Below are positions 9,840 to 18,014 of a stretch of DNA of 64,000 bases, one piece after another. The stretch covers positions 2,327 to 66,326 of the forward strand of contig JABMRF010000023.1 in NCBI GenBank assembly GCA_013202715.1. The letters run 5' to 3'. The notes under the pieces were generated by a model. That model saw only the letters and a program-made list of their open reading frames with translations, ran no database searches and was not told the origin of the DNA. The position numbers and the translations under genes are program-made. Source of the stretch: Candidatus Kuenenbacteria bacterium. Its GTDB lineage: Bacteria; Patescibacteriota; Patescibacteriia; UBA11705; JABHMO01. Positions within the stretch are counted from its first letter, which is position 1, and each line of letters starts with the position of its first letter.

Positions 9840-10382
9840 ATGTATAATGGCAGAGAACGAAAATTAAACCGTGCTAAATCTATTGATTATTCATTGCCGG
9901 GATTTTATTATTTAACGTTTTTAACAAAAAATCGGCTTGAATGGTTTGGAGAAATTAAAAACAACAAAATGGTTTTGAATGAATGGGGAAAAATTGTTTG
10001 CCGTCAATTATTATGGCTGGAACAACAATATGATCATGTGCGTTTGGATGAATGGATCATAATGCCAAATCATGTACATGTGATCGTCGAAATCCTTCAC
10101 GCATCGAACCCCACGCCTGTAAGGAACGGTCGCGACCGTTCCTTACAGGCGTGGGGAGACCGTGACCGTCGAGTACAGGAAAAAAAGAGAAAACCCATCC
10201 CCGAATTAATCGGTGCATTAAAAACCACATCATCCAAATGGATACATCGGAATGGTTTGTTTGAATTCAAATGGCATAAATCATATCATGACCGTGTCCT
10301 GCGCAGTCAATCCGAATTGGAACACGCTCGCTGGTATATTCGCACCAATCCTGGTCGCTGGCATCGCGACCGCAACAATTAA
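9840..10382 (+). CDS. tnpA: IS200-like / REP-associated tyrosine transposase (HUH), adjacent to tRNA-Gln
   Basis: HUH motif IIMPNHVHVIVEI and C-terminal WHKSYHDRVLR...WYIRTNPGRW, as in RAYT/IS200 TnpA. Contains an in-frame palindromic insert (see repeat 10112..10160). Confidence 0.8.
   Translation: MYNGRERKLNRAKSIDYSLPGFYYLTFLTKNRLEWFGEIKNNKMVLNEWGKIVCRQLLWLEQQYDHVRLDEWIIMPNHVHVIVEILHASNPTPVRNGRDRSLQAWGDRDRRVQEKKRKPIPELIGALKTTSSKWIHRNGLFEFKWHKSYHDRVLRSQSELEHARWYIRTNPGRWHRDRNN
10112..10160. repeat. REP-like 44-bp perfect palindrome embedded in-frame in the transposase gene
   Basis: ccacgcctgtaaggaacggtcgcgaccgttccttacaggcgtgg. A related copy, aggaacggtcacgaccgtcccct, lies at 30776-30808. Confidence 0.7.
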
Positions 10383-10453
10383 TCCCGCCGTTAGCGGGAT
10401 TAAAAAAGAAAGCTCTTTCCAAAAAGCTTTCTTCACTTCATTATTTTCAACTA

Positions 10454-11836
10454 TTACTTTATAATCACAAAATCTTTCTTAATTCCCATTTCTACCATTA
10501 TGAGATCATCCCAGGCATATCTGTCTTTACCTTCCAAAACAAGATCCAGATTACGTTCAAACCAGGGCTGAAGATTTTCGTAGCCGTGATTTGAAATAAT
10601 ATAACGCACAGAGCTTTGTAATTTGTAATAGTCGTCTTTCGGAACTAGCTTTTCACCGGTAGAAATTTTGTCGTCAACTAAAATCTGATGTTTTTCCAAT
10701 AATGCCTGCAGTTGATTTAATTGAGAGTTTTTCGAAATTTCAAACATTCCCCACGGGCCGAATAAACTTAGAATCAAAATCACGCAAATTGAAATTGGAA
10801 TAATTTTAATGGAAGCTTTTTTCCAAATCGCAAACAATAGGCCGATTCCCAAAAGCCAAATACCCATTAAGACAACCAAGTATCTGCGCTCAGTCACACC
10901 ATAATCATTGATCCTGATCTTAATCGCCCAGAACAAAATTCCGGTCAGAGGAACAATGGCAATAAACAGCGCGCGATAAAATATCCGTAGCCATTTACTT
11001 TTATTTTTGTACGCCCAAATAATTAAACAAGTAATAATTCCGAAAATCGAAAAACCAATAATTAACGAAGCGACAATCCCCTTTGGCCATTCACCTGTAA
11101 ATAAAATTTTTATTGAATACACATAAACGATCAAAAAGTACAAACAAACGATTGGGACTAACAAATACTTGCCAATTGCCTTGATCCAAACCGGAGGCTC
11201 TGACTTCTCTGCCAAAGATCTTATTTTCTTCGGAACAAATAACAAGAAAAAATGCACAGCAGCAAATACTACTAAAATAATCCAGATTGTGAAAAATATA
11301 TTTTCGGAGAGATTGAAAACAAACAACTTTGAGACGGCCAGCAAAGCAATTGACAGAGCGCCAAACACAAAGCCGGAAATGGCGCCCGTGATCACAAACA
11401 TAATAGCCAGATTTTTTACAAAATGCCAAAAATACTCGTCATTATTTTTGGTTAAATAGCCGATAAATAAAACACTTAAGCAAAAACAGCCGAATAGTAT
11501 CATGTAACGCGCAACATCGCGAGTCAATTCATCATTGTTCACACCGGGTAAAATAAAATAATACAATCCCAAGAAAACAATTCCTGTAGCGCGAACCAAC
11601 CACTTTTGCCACAACTTCCAATTTTGCTGTTCCAAAAATAAAGCTATTGCTAAAAATAACAGTATTCCCAAAAGGCAAAGCAAAAACAGCTTCATCATAA
11701 CCGGATATTCATATTCAAATAAGACCCAGCAGACACCGAGAATTGTTCCGAAAAGTGAACTTAGGCTGACCAGTGGAAACCGGAAAACTGTGCTGATTAA
11801 ATTTTGTAGATTGAAGTTTTGTTTCAGGGTAGTCAT
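10454..11836 (-). CDS. Large polytopic membrane protein (hypothetical)
   Basis: 460 aa with more than 10 predicted TM helices and a soluble C-terminal ~90 aa. Confidence 0.55.
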   Translation of the reverse strand: MTTLKQNFNLQNLISTVFRFPLVSLSSLFGTILGVCWVLFEYEYPVMMKLFLLCLLGILLFLAIALFLEQQNWKLWQKWLVRATGIVFLGLYYFILPGVNNDELTRDVARYMILFGCFCLSVLFIGYLTKNNDEYFWHFVKNLAIMFVITGAISGFVFGALSIALLAVSKLFVFNLSENIFFTIWIILVVFAAVHFFLLFVPKKIRSLAEKSEPPVWIKAIGKYLLVPIVCLYFLIVYVYSIKILFTGEWPKGIVASLIIGFSIFGIITCLIIWAYKNKSKWLRIFYRALFIAIVPLTGILFWAIKIRINDYGVTERRYLVVLMGIWLLGIGLLFAIWKKASIKIIPISICVILILSLFGPWGMFEISKNSQLNQLQALLEKHQILVDDKISTGEKLVPKDDYYKLQSSVRYIISNHGYENLQPWFERNLDLVLEGKDRYAWDDLIMVEMGIKKDFVIIK

Positions 11837-11946
11837 ATGCTTTTGTAAATAATAAAACTATATCAATACCATATCAATTTTGCCAAGGATAAGCAAGTTA
11901 CCACTAATTCGTATTACTTGCTAAGATACTAAATTTAGAGCAGCTC

Positions 11947-11975
11947 TTGACAAATAATAAAATTTATACTATAAT
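11947..11975 (+). promoter_or_regulatory. Consensus sigma70 promoter TTGACA-17-TATAAT for 12094..12621
   Basis: ttgaca 11947-11952, exact 17-nt spacer, tataat 11970-11975. A hairpin (ggtcagttattcacggtgaatggctgac) sits at the predicted TSS. Confidence 0.6.
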
Positions 11976-12093
11976 ACCTGGTCAGTTATTCACGGTGAAT
12001 GGCTGACAAACCGAGCTTACTTTTCTACTGCAAATCCTTTGTGGAAAACAAAGAGAGCTTGCTGATTGAAAAGTAAAAAATGGAGGTTGTGTT

Positions 12094-12621
12094 ATGGAAG
12101 GTGTCATTGCTATCATTGTAATTGGAGTTATTGTTGTTGCCGTATCTATTTTTGCAATCCGTTTCAAAAGAAGTCTTAACAGCATGATGTATGATTCACG
12201 CGTGGTAATTGAAAACGCATTTGCCGCGGCAAAGGACAAACTGAACGAAAAGACATTTGTTATCGCCATTCACACGACAAAGTCGGCCAGAACCGACATT
12301 GAAAACATTGTCATTCAAGAACTCAAGAAACTGGGTGCCAAGATTCTACTGCTGACAAACGCGGAATGGAAAACCCTGCGAAGTGGTGACCTCGCAATTC
12401 TCAAAAACGATAAGGCCGAATTGGCAATTATCGGTTGCGTGAGGCAAAACTTCTACGACAAAGACTTTTTCAGTTTTCACAAGAATGAAGCAGAAAAACC
12501 CGTCCTTGATTTCAAAGTCGTAAATAAGGATGGTGAAATCATCCACCTGGATGTCGTTGAATCCTTTTTCGAACAGCTGACCGCCAGAGCTGCGGCCGCT
12601 TCCATCGCCAACGCATTGTAA
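12094..12621 (+). CDS. Membrane-anchored hypothetical protein
   Basis: SD ggagg, an N-terminal TM helix (VIAIIVIGVIVVAVSIFAI), 175 aa. A terminator hairpin follows at ~12635-12665. Confidence 0.5.
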   Translation: MEGVIAIIVIGVIVVAVSIFAIRFKRSLNSMMYDSRVVIENAFAAAKDKLNEKTFVIAIHTTKSARTDIENIVIQELKKLGAKILLLTNAEWKTLRSGDLAILKNDKAELAIIGCVRQNFYDKDFFSFHKNEAEKPVLDFKVVNKDGEIIHLDVVESFFEQLTARAAAASIANAL

Positions 12622-12713
12622 ATAAAACCTTCCGCCCCGGGACAATACTCGCGGCGGATTTTTTTATTTAAAAACAAAAAGCCCCTGAACTATTCAGGGA
12701 CTTTTCATTATTC

Positions 12714-12902
12714 TTACTTAGCAGCAAAAAGATTGCAATGGCCTTCCGGCGGACAAGCGCCAAACGCTTCAAGAGCTGCTTCAAATGTTTTGTCTTCCGG
12801 AACGCAGGCAGTCTTGCCACCTTGCTCCTGAAACAATTTACAGTTCTTACATTGAGTTGCTTCATCCTTCCAACTGTCAACAAAATTTACATCATCAGAC
12901 AT
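12714..12902 (-). CDS. Small Cys-rich protein, possibly HiPIP-like iron-sulfur protein
   Basis: 62 aa. C17-x2-C20-x11-C32-...-C57 with CKNCKLFQ...GKTACVP...EGHCNLFAAK resembles the HiPIP pattern CxxCxF...C...GWCxxW. Recalled similarity only. Confidence 0.35.
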   Translation of the reverse strand: MSDDVNFVDSWKDEATQCKNCKLFQEQGGKTACVPEDKTFEAALEAFGACPPEGHCNLFAAK

Positions 12903-12974
12903 ATTGATTTAGCGAGAGAGACAATGCAAGCAAGAAAATTCTATTATCATGCCAACTTGCCAACTCGCAGTTAC

Positions 12975-13190
12975 TTAATCTTTGGAAATTTTAGTTAAAA
13001 AATGATCAATGGCTTCGGCCTTGATAAGATTCAAACCCGTACCATCTTTTCTTTTAACAACGATCAGCTTGTCTCCTTTATCAATCCCCAACTCTCTTCG
13101 AAGATCAATCGGGATTGCAAGCTGACCCTTGTCAGTCAAAGTTACCATACCGTAAAATAATTTTTTTTTTGTACAAACACCTTTTTTCAT
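12975..13190 (-). CDS. AbrB/MazE/SpoVT-family DNA-binding protein
   Basis: VTLTDKGQLAIPIDLRRELGIDKGDKLIV is a swapped-hairpin AbrB-type motif. 71 aa. Confidence 0.65.
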   Translation of the reverse strand: MKKGVCTKKKLFYGMVTLTDKGQLAIPIDLRRELGIDKGDKLIVVKRKDGTGLNLIKAEAIDHFLTKISKD

Positions 13191-13271
13191 ATTTTTGCTT
13201 GCCCTGAACCGTCTAAGAAAGACGAAGACTGGTTTAGGGTTTATTTAAGATTTGTAAGATATTACATACTT

Positions 13272-13300
13272 ATCTTACTACACTTTTCAAAATCTGTCAA
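13272..13300 (-). promoter_or_regulatory. Near-consensus promoter (TTGACA-17-TAAGAT) for the AbrB-like / Cys-rich protein pair
   Basis: Minus strand reads ggtcTTGACAgattttgaaaagtgtagTAAGAT. It shares the extended -35 context ggtcttgaca with the promoter at 17105-17133. Confidence 0.5.
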
Positions 13301-13426
13301 GACCCTGAGCGACGATAAGGAGTCGAAGAGCAAGTGTTTTCGAGCTTTTTGTCTAAATTAACAAGAATCAATCAAAAAACCCCGCCTCGAGCACTGTCGA
13401 GAGGCGAGGTTCTTTATATTTACTAA

Positions 13427-14416
13427 TTATTCTAAAGTTTTCAACACCGCCACCCTCTGCTCGTCAGTTAAACCAAGTGACTTTAACTTGTCATCCGCCT
13501 CTGCCTTTTCAATTTCTTGTAACTCTGCATAAACTCCTGCCACAGCCATAGTTTTATCCTGCAAAACTCTACCAAGTTTTCTCAATTCAACAGGAACTTC
13601 GACTTTCTTTTTAGCTTCCGGTTTTTCATAAACATACTCGTCGCCCTTCAAAACAATGCCCGCAGCTTGATCACCGCCTCTTCTTCCCTGGATCGCGCCA
13701 AGTAGTGCCGGCAATGCTTTTTCCAATTCATTCAAAGTAGCAATTTGTTTATCAGCTTTTTTCTTAATTTCTTGGACCTTTGGATCTTCCATGTCGCTGT
13801 CTTCATCGTAACCTGCGCCTTTATCCGCTCGATTCAACGCAAAAATCATGCGCATTTTTTCGATCAATTCATCATCACCAGGAATTCCCTCCGCCAGCGC
13901 GACAAATTTATCATAAGATTTTAATCCCTTACCTTTTGGTTCTTTTTCTTTCTCAAAATTGTTTACCAAATTCAGGGCTGCAACGTGCAGACCCGCCATC
14001 TTCGCTACAAAATCTATTTCTTCTAAACTTAATTCAAAATGTTTTGGCAAAAGCTCTCTCAGCATTCTCTCACTTTCTCCTTCATGCCCAACATACTGCC
14101 GTTTTTCCGCATCTTTTGGATGAACTTGCTGCCCTTCCGGCGAAGCCTTTCCAAGATCATGCGTTTTTCCGGCTAATATTAAAAGATTACGTTTTTTTTC
14201 CGGCAACCCAGCCACAAATTCATCTGACTCCAAGTTGCTGACCAGTTTTTTGGTATGATCATCCAAAGTTAATGAATGATAATCACTACGCTGGTCAAGT
14301 CCTTTCATGGCAGCTACTTCCGGAATTGCCGCTTCTAATTGTTCATAACTGGCATCTGCGCCAAATTTTTTGTCTTCAGGAGTTGGTGTGCCTCCCCCCA
14401 TCATTTTTTCTGACAT
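13427..14416 (-). CDS. HD-domain metal-dependent phosphohydrolase with N-terminal MSEKMMGGG-TPTPE motif
   Basis: Ordered H...HD...H...H...D motifs (YHSLTLDDH, KTHDLGK, VGHEGES, AGLH, LNRAD) resemble the CCA-enzyme-type HD domain. N-terminus MSEKMMGGGTPTPE. Confidence 0.5.
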   Translation of the reverse strand: MSEKMMGGGTPTPEDKKFGADASYEQLEAAIPEVAAMKGLDQRSDYHSLTLDDHTKKLVSNLESDEFVAGLPEKKRNLLILAGKTHDLGKASPEGQQVHPKDAEKRQYVGHEGESERMLRELLPKHFELSLEEIDFVAKMAGLHVAALNLVNNFEKEKEPKGKGLKSYDKFVALAEGIPGDDELIEKMRMIFALNRADKGAGYDEDSDMEDPKVQEIKKKADKQIATLNELEKALPALLGAIQGRRGGDQAAGIVLKGDEYVYEKPEAKKKVEVPVELRKLGRVLQDKTMAVAGVYAELQEIEKAEADDKLKSLGLTDEQRVAVLKTLE

Positions 14417-14430
14417 AAAATTATAATTAT

Positions 14431-15840
14431 TTATTTTTTAAAGTCTTCAAATACTTTTTTGAAGTCTTCTTCATTTAATAAAGAAGTTCTGGAAGCTGCA
14501 ATCAAAGAGCCGCCAGCCACTAACACTGTTGGATCTTTGGTAATAATATCATCTGCATCAACTTCACCTGAAGCAACTTTGTCATTTAGGCCAAAAAACG
14601 CTTCTCTATCCGCTTGCCCTTCCCAACCGTCAACCATTTTTTGTTCATCTTCAGTTTTTTCCGGCTTGGCAATAATCGCATCTCTTTTTTGTTTTTCCGC
14701 TTTTATTAAAGCTAGACAAATTGCGCTCAAATCCATAACATTGGCCATGTCAGGTGTAATCCCAATATCATAATTATCGCCAAATGCTCTGTCTTCACCC
14801 GCGTAAACCGCAACAACTGTGTCTGGGCTAACTCGGTTGTAAGCCATATTTGTAAAGACAAGCGGTTTTTTGCTGGAGCCAATCACAACATTCACCTCAA
14901 TATCATTTCCTTCTTTGTCTTTAATTATCATTTTCCCTTTTTCCGCCTTTTCAAACTCCTCTAAAAATTCTTCAAATGCTGCTTTTAAATTTTCCCGACC
15001 CTGACCAACCACTTCTTGCAATTCCGGAGACAACTCAAGTTTTGTAACATCAGTCGCTATATCAAAATTTGAATCTTTAATTTTTTCAGCATTGGCCGCA
15101 TTAATCAATTCAAAAATCATTTCATTACGCATGTTTTCATATTTTGCCTGAATTTCTTGAAGTTTTTTTACTCCCTCTGCGTTCAATCTCCCGTCTTCAC
15201 CTTTCATTTCCGGATTACCAAAAACTTCCTTACCAAGCTCTGCCCGGCCTCTGTCGCTAAGCAAACTTTTGATCGCGGAAGCCGTTCCCGGTAAACTGGA
15301 GGCATATTGTTCAGGATCAAGTCTGCTCAATCCATAATCTTCAATATTGGTAACTTTTGCCAGATCCTCAGCAATCACCGGCATTTCACCATTTTCAATT
15401 AAACTGCGGGTCAAATATGATGAAGCAATAGCGTCTAAATCACTCTCAAAATGAGTTTCAACTTTGGTAATGCTTTTTTCTTTAATTAACTGCAAAACCG
15501 CATCAGGATAATCAAAAACCATTTGAGTTGAACACTTTCTTGAATCAACTCCTTTGGCGCTAAAAAAAGCATCTATAGAATGGTGATCAATTGCACCGGC
15601 CAAGATACTTTCTTTATAAATATTATCAATGTCTTCCTGACTAAATTCTGTTTTATCTTTGTGTTTTTTCAAAAATTCTGTAAACACACCTGTGTCAGTA
15701 ATCAAAGACCCTTGCGCTAATTTTTCTTCAAGGTTAATTATAGCGCCCTTTGGCAAAGACGGTAGACACCCTTCATATTTTATAGGTGTAAATTCTTGTT
15801 TTTCCGGAGTTGGTCCGGCTCCCATCATTTTTTCTGACAT
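14431..15840 (-). CDS. Hypothetical protein, possible DHH/DHHA1-like phosphoesterase, with N-terminal MSEKMMGAGPTPE motif
   Basis: 469 aa. Its first 20 nt (ATGTCAGAAAAAATGATGGG) are identical to the 13427..14416 gene. Contains AIDHHSID, ESDLDAIASS and C-terminal VLVAGGSLIAAS (cf. DHHA1 GGGHxxAAG), but motif order is atypical. Confidence 0.45.
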   Translation of the reverse strand: MSEKMMGAGPTPEKQEFTPIKYEGCLPSLPKGAIINLEEKLAQGSLITDTGVFTEFLKKHKDKTEFSQEDIDNIYKESILAGAIDHHSIDAFFSAKGVDSRKCSTQMVFDYPDAVLQLIKEKSITKVETHFESDLDAIASSYLTRSLIENGEMPVIAEDLAKVTNIEDYGLSRLDPEQYASSLPGTASAIKSLLSDRGRAELGKEVFGNPEMKGEDGRLNAEGVKKLQEIQAKYENMRNEMIFELINAANAEKIKDSNFDIATDVTKLELSPELQEVVGQGRENLKAAFEEFLEEFEKAEKGKMIIKDKEGNDIEVNVVIGSSKKPLVFTNMAYNRVSPDTVVAVYAGEDRAFGDNYDIGITPDMANVMDLSAICLALIKAEKQKRDAIIAKPEKTEDEQKMVDGWEGQADREAFFGLNDKVASGEVDADDIITKDPTVLVAGGSLIAASRTSLLNEEDFKKVFEDFKK

Positions 15841-15878
15841 AAAATTTGTGTTATTTTTTGTAATTTATTACTTATATT

Positions 15879-16367
15879 TTATTCTTTCATCGCTAACATT
15901 TTAGTAAAAGCTCTTTTCATAGCTTTTTTAATTTCACCAGTACTAGTTAATCTAAACCCCCATCCATCATGACCGGTTGAATAACCTATTGTTTCACCAA
16001 AAAAACTGACTTCTCCTTCTTCATGATCATCATAATCTTCTGAAGACTTTGTTACGCTTCTGTTCAACAAAGAACTTGCATCAACTTTTACATTCATCTT
16101 CCGAGCTACCAAACTAAAAATACTTTCCAACTCATCCTCCAAGTGAAAACCCATACCAAAAGAACTACGCATTTCTTCAAATGCCTCCAATTCTTTATCT
16201 GCCCAATCAGCTATTTGGTCAATGTTTTTCACTGAAAACTCGACTTTATTGAATTCATCTTCATCTAAACATAAACCTAAATCATCATAGCTTTCTTCAG
16301 CTACTTCTTTTTCATGTTCATTCTCTACCTCCGGGCTTGGATCATTACCCATTGTAGGATCTTTCAT
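15879..16367 (-). CDS. Acidic hypothetical protein with N-terminal MKDPTMGNDPSPE motif
   Basis: 162 aa, pI-acidic, and shares the MG..[ST]PE N-terminal motif. 15-bp gap to the upstream gene, consistent with an operon. Confidence 0.45.
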   Translation of the reverse strand: MKDPTMGNDPSPEVENEHEKEVAEESYDDLGLCLDEDEFNKVEFSVKNIDQIADWADKELEAFEEMRSSFGMGFHLEDELESIFSLVARKMNVKVDASSLLNRSVTKSSEDYDDHEEGEVSFFGETIGYSTGHDGWGFRLTSTGEIKKAMKRAFTKMLAMKE

Positions 16368-16382
16368 AAATTTTAATTATTT

Positions 16383-16844
16383 TTATTCGTTTAATACTTT
16401 TTCCGCTTCTTGATTTTCATCTTCTAATCCTTTGATTCGTTTTTTTCTTTCTTCAATTCTACTTCGAATTAGCTCCATTGCTTTTTCCTTGCTTATAAAA
16501 GATACTTCTTTCTCGTCAACATCATAATTGGCTTCAACCTCTCTATATAGCCACAATTCATCAGATAACTTTTTTAATTCATCTACGTGATTATTCCCGC
16601 CGTCCCCAACGTCCAAAGAGGGAATATTGTCACAATCAAATTCAAAAAAATTGTCTAACTCATGAATTGCATCACTATCCTCTGCTGGAAATCGCCCCAT
16701 GTCGTCACTTGAAGGATATTTTCCATTGTTTCTTTTTAACATCTCATGAAAATCACGCTCCAATCCTCTGGCGCGACCAATTAGCTCTTTATTTTGTTCT
16801 TCCTCATTTGAAGAAGGTGTTTGGTTCCAATTTTCTACTGACAT
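16383..16844 (-). CDS. Acidic coiled-coil hypothetical protein, first gene of the four-gene operon
   Basis: 153 aa, D/E-rich. Lies immediately downstream of a long leader driven by the consensus promoter at 17105-17133. Confidence 0.45.
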   Translation of the reverse strand: MSVENWNQTPSSNEEEQNKELIGRARGLERDFHEMLKRNNGKYPSSDDMGRFPAEDSDAIHELDNFFEFDCDNIPSLDVGDGGNNHVDELKKLSDELWLYREVEANYDVDEKEVSFISKEKAMELIRSRIEERKKRIKGLEDENQEAEKVLNE

Positions 16845-16937
16845 AGATTTGTTTGTTAATTGTTAAGTATACCCCTATTCTACCATCTATTTAAAATAAA
16901 TGAAAAGCCCCTCTTTTTGTTGGACTCTTCACTCTTT

Positions 16938-17099
16938 GGAAGCTATGAATAACATAGTTTCTACTGCAATTCCCAAATTTTTACTGCAAATTGGTAAAAG
17001 CTTGTCAGCGTAATTTTATCATTATGCTTCCTCGCTTTTAACAATTTTCGTTTTAAAATTTGAAAATTTCGTTACGAAGCTATGTTATTCATATCTTCC
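16938..17099 (-). promoter_or_regulatory. 5' leader inverted repeat (20 bp, 1 mismatch, arms ~120 bp apart)
   Basis: ggaagctatgaataacatag (16938-16957) and its reverse complement within cgaagctatgttattcatatcttcc (17075-17099). The downstream arm sits at the predicted TSS. Confidence 0.45.
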
Positions 17100-17104
17100 T
17101 ATAC

Positions 17105-17133
17105 ATTATAGCAAACTTTTTAGATTTTGTCAA
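17105..17133 (-). promoter_or_regulatory. Perfect consensus sigma70 promoter (TTGACA-17-TATAAT) driving the 16844->13427 operon
   Basis: Minus strand reads ggtcTTGACAaaatctaaaaagtttgcTATAAT. The TSS is ~250 nt upstream of the first start codon, so the leader is long. Confidence 0.6.
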
Positions 17134-17288
17134 GACCTTGAGCCTGCCTGACAGCAGTCAGGCTTGTCGAAAGGTCAAGCTAATTTGATAAATTTTGACC
17201 TCTGGATAACCTCCTTTTATTTGAGATAGAATTATGATAAGATGTAGTTGTGTGATTTACTTGCAACTTTACAAAAAGGGAGGTCAAT

Positions 17289-17873
17289 ATGGATACTGAT
17301 TTCATTGATGGAATATCTGAGGAATTTGCAACAGCAATATACACAGAAATGAAGTTATCGTTGTTTGACGATATCGAACCAAAAACTGCTATTTGGCTTT
17401 TACAGCAATTCACGCGAAAAACCTATTCGCTGGACGAAACAATGATGATGGAAGGAGAGGTCGGCAATGAGCTCTTCATCCTTCTTTCCGGTGAGGCTGC
17501 TATCAAGGTGGGCGGAGACACCGTGCACAAGTTCAAAAAAGGAGCTATCATCGGTGAAAGTGGCTTAGCCAAAAAAACCGTTCGGCGTACCGCGACCGTC
17601 TTGGCTGGAAGCAGTAAAATTCAAGTCCTGGTACTTACACGAGAAAAACTTGATGACATCAAAATCGCAATGCCACTTATCTACGCAGAAATCTGCAGGA
17701 ACATTGCGGACATGACCATTGAAAAGCTGGGCTTTGCAAATGACACAATCCAGCGAAAAATTGAAGAAACAACCGTAGCGAAAAGAAAAACCGTAGAAGC
17801 AACAAGGGAACTTGAACACAGAAATTGGTTGAGTCGACTGGCTGCCACACTTGGCTTCAGTCAAGGACAATAG
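17289..17873 (+). CDS. Cyclic nucleotide-binding (CRP/FNR-like) protein
   Basis: cNMP-binding fold GEVGNELFILLSGEAAIKVGG...KKGAIIGESGL...RRTATVLA, plus a short C-terminal region that could be a degenerate HTH. SD agggagg. Terminator at 17888-17919. Confidence 0.65.
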   Translation: MDTDFIDGISEEFATAIYTEMKLSLFDDIEPKTAIWLLQQFTRKTYSLDETMMMEGEVGNELFILLSGEAAIKVGGDTVHKFKKGAIIGESGLAKKTVRRTATVLAGSSKIQVLVLTREKLDDIKIAMPLIYAEICRNIADMTIEKLGFANDTIQRKIEETTVAKRKTVEATRELEHRNWLSRLAATLGFSQGQ

Positions 17874-17944
17874 TTTCTTTTGAAAATTAGAAGGCGCTCC
17901 TCACCGAGTCGCCTTTTTTCTTTGGTAAAAATATGGTAAAATGT

Positions 17945-18008
17945 AACTAGTCAATAGTCTAGAGTCCGTTAGGTAACTTTTGACTTTTGACCCTAGACTC
18001 AAGACTAA
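17945..18008. repeat. Palindromic intergenic element (MITE-like family; modules agtctagagtc / gacttttgac)
   Basis: actagtcaatagtctagagtccgttaggtaacttttgacttttgaccctagactcaagact. Same family as 22603-22676, 36988-37060, 48925-48999 and 53565-53600. Confidence 0.7.
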
Positions 18009-18014
18009 AAAAAT

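Noticed and set aside
13427-16367. MG-x3-(S/T) N-termini as eukaryotic N-myristoylation signals on injected effectors
   Set aside because: The conserved block extends upstream of the Gly (SEKMMG / DPTMG), implying translation starts earlier. Positions 5-6 do not consistently fit MGxxxS/T. Kept only as a remote possibility.
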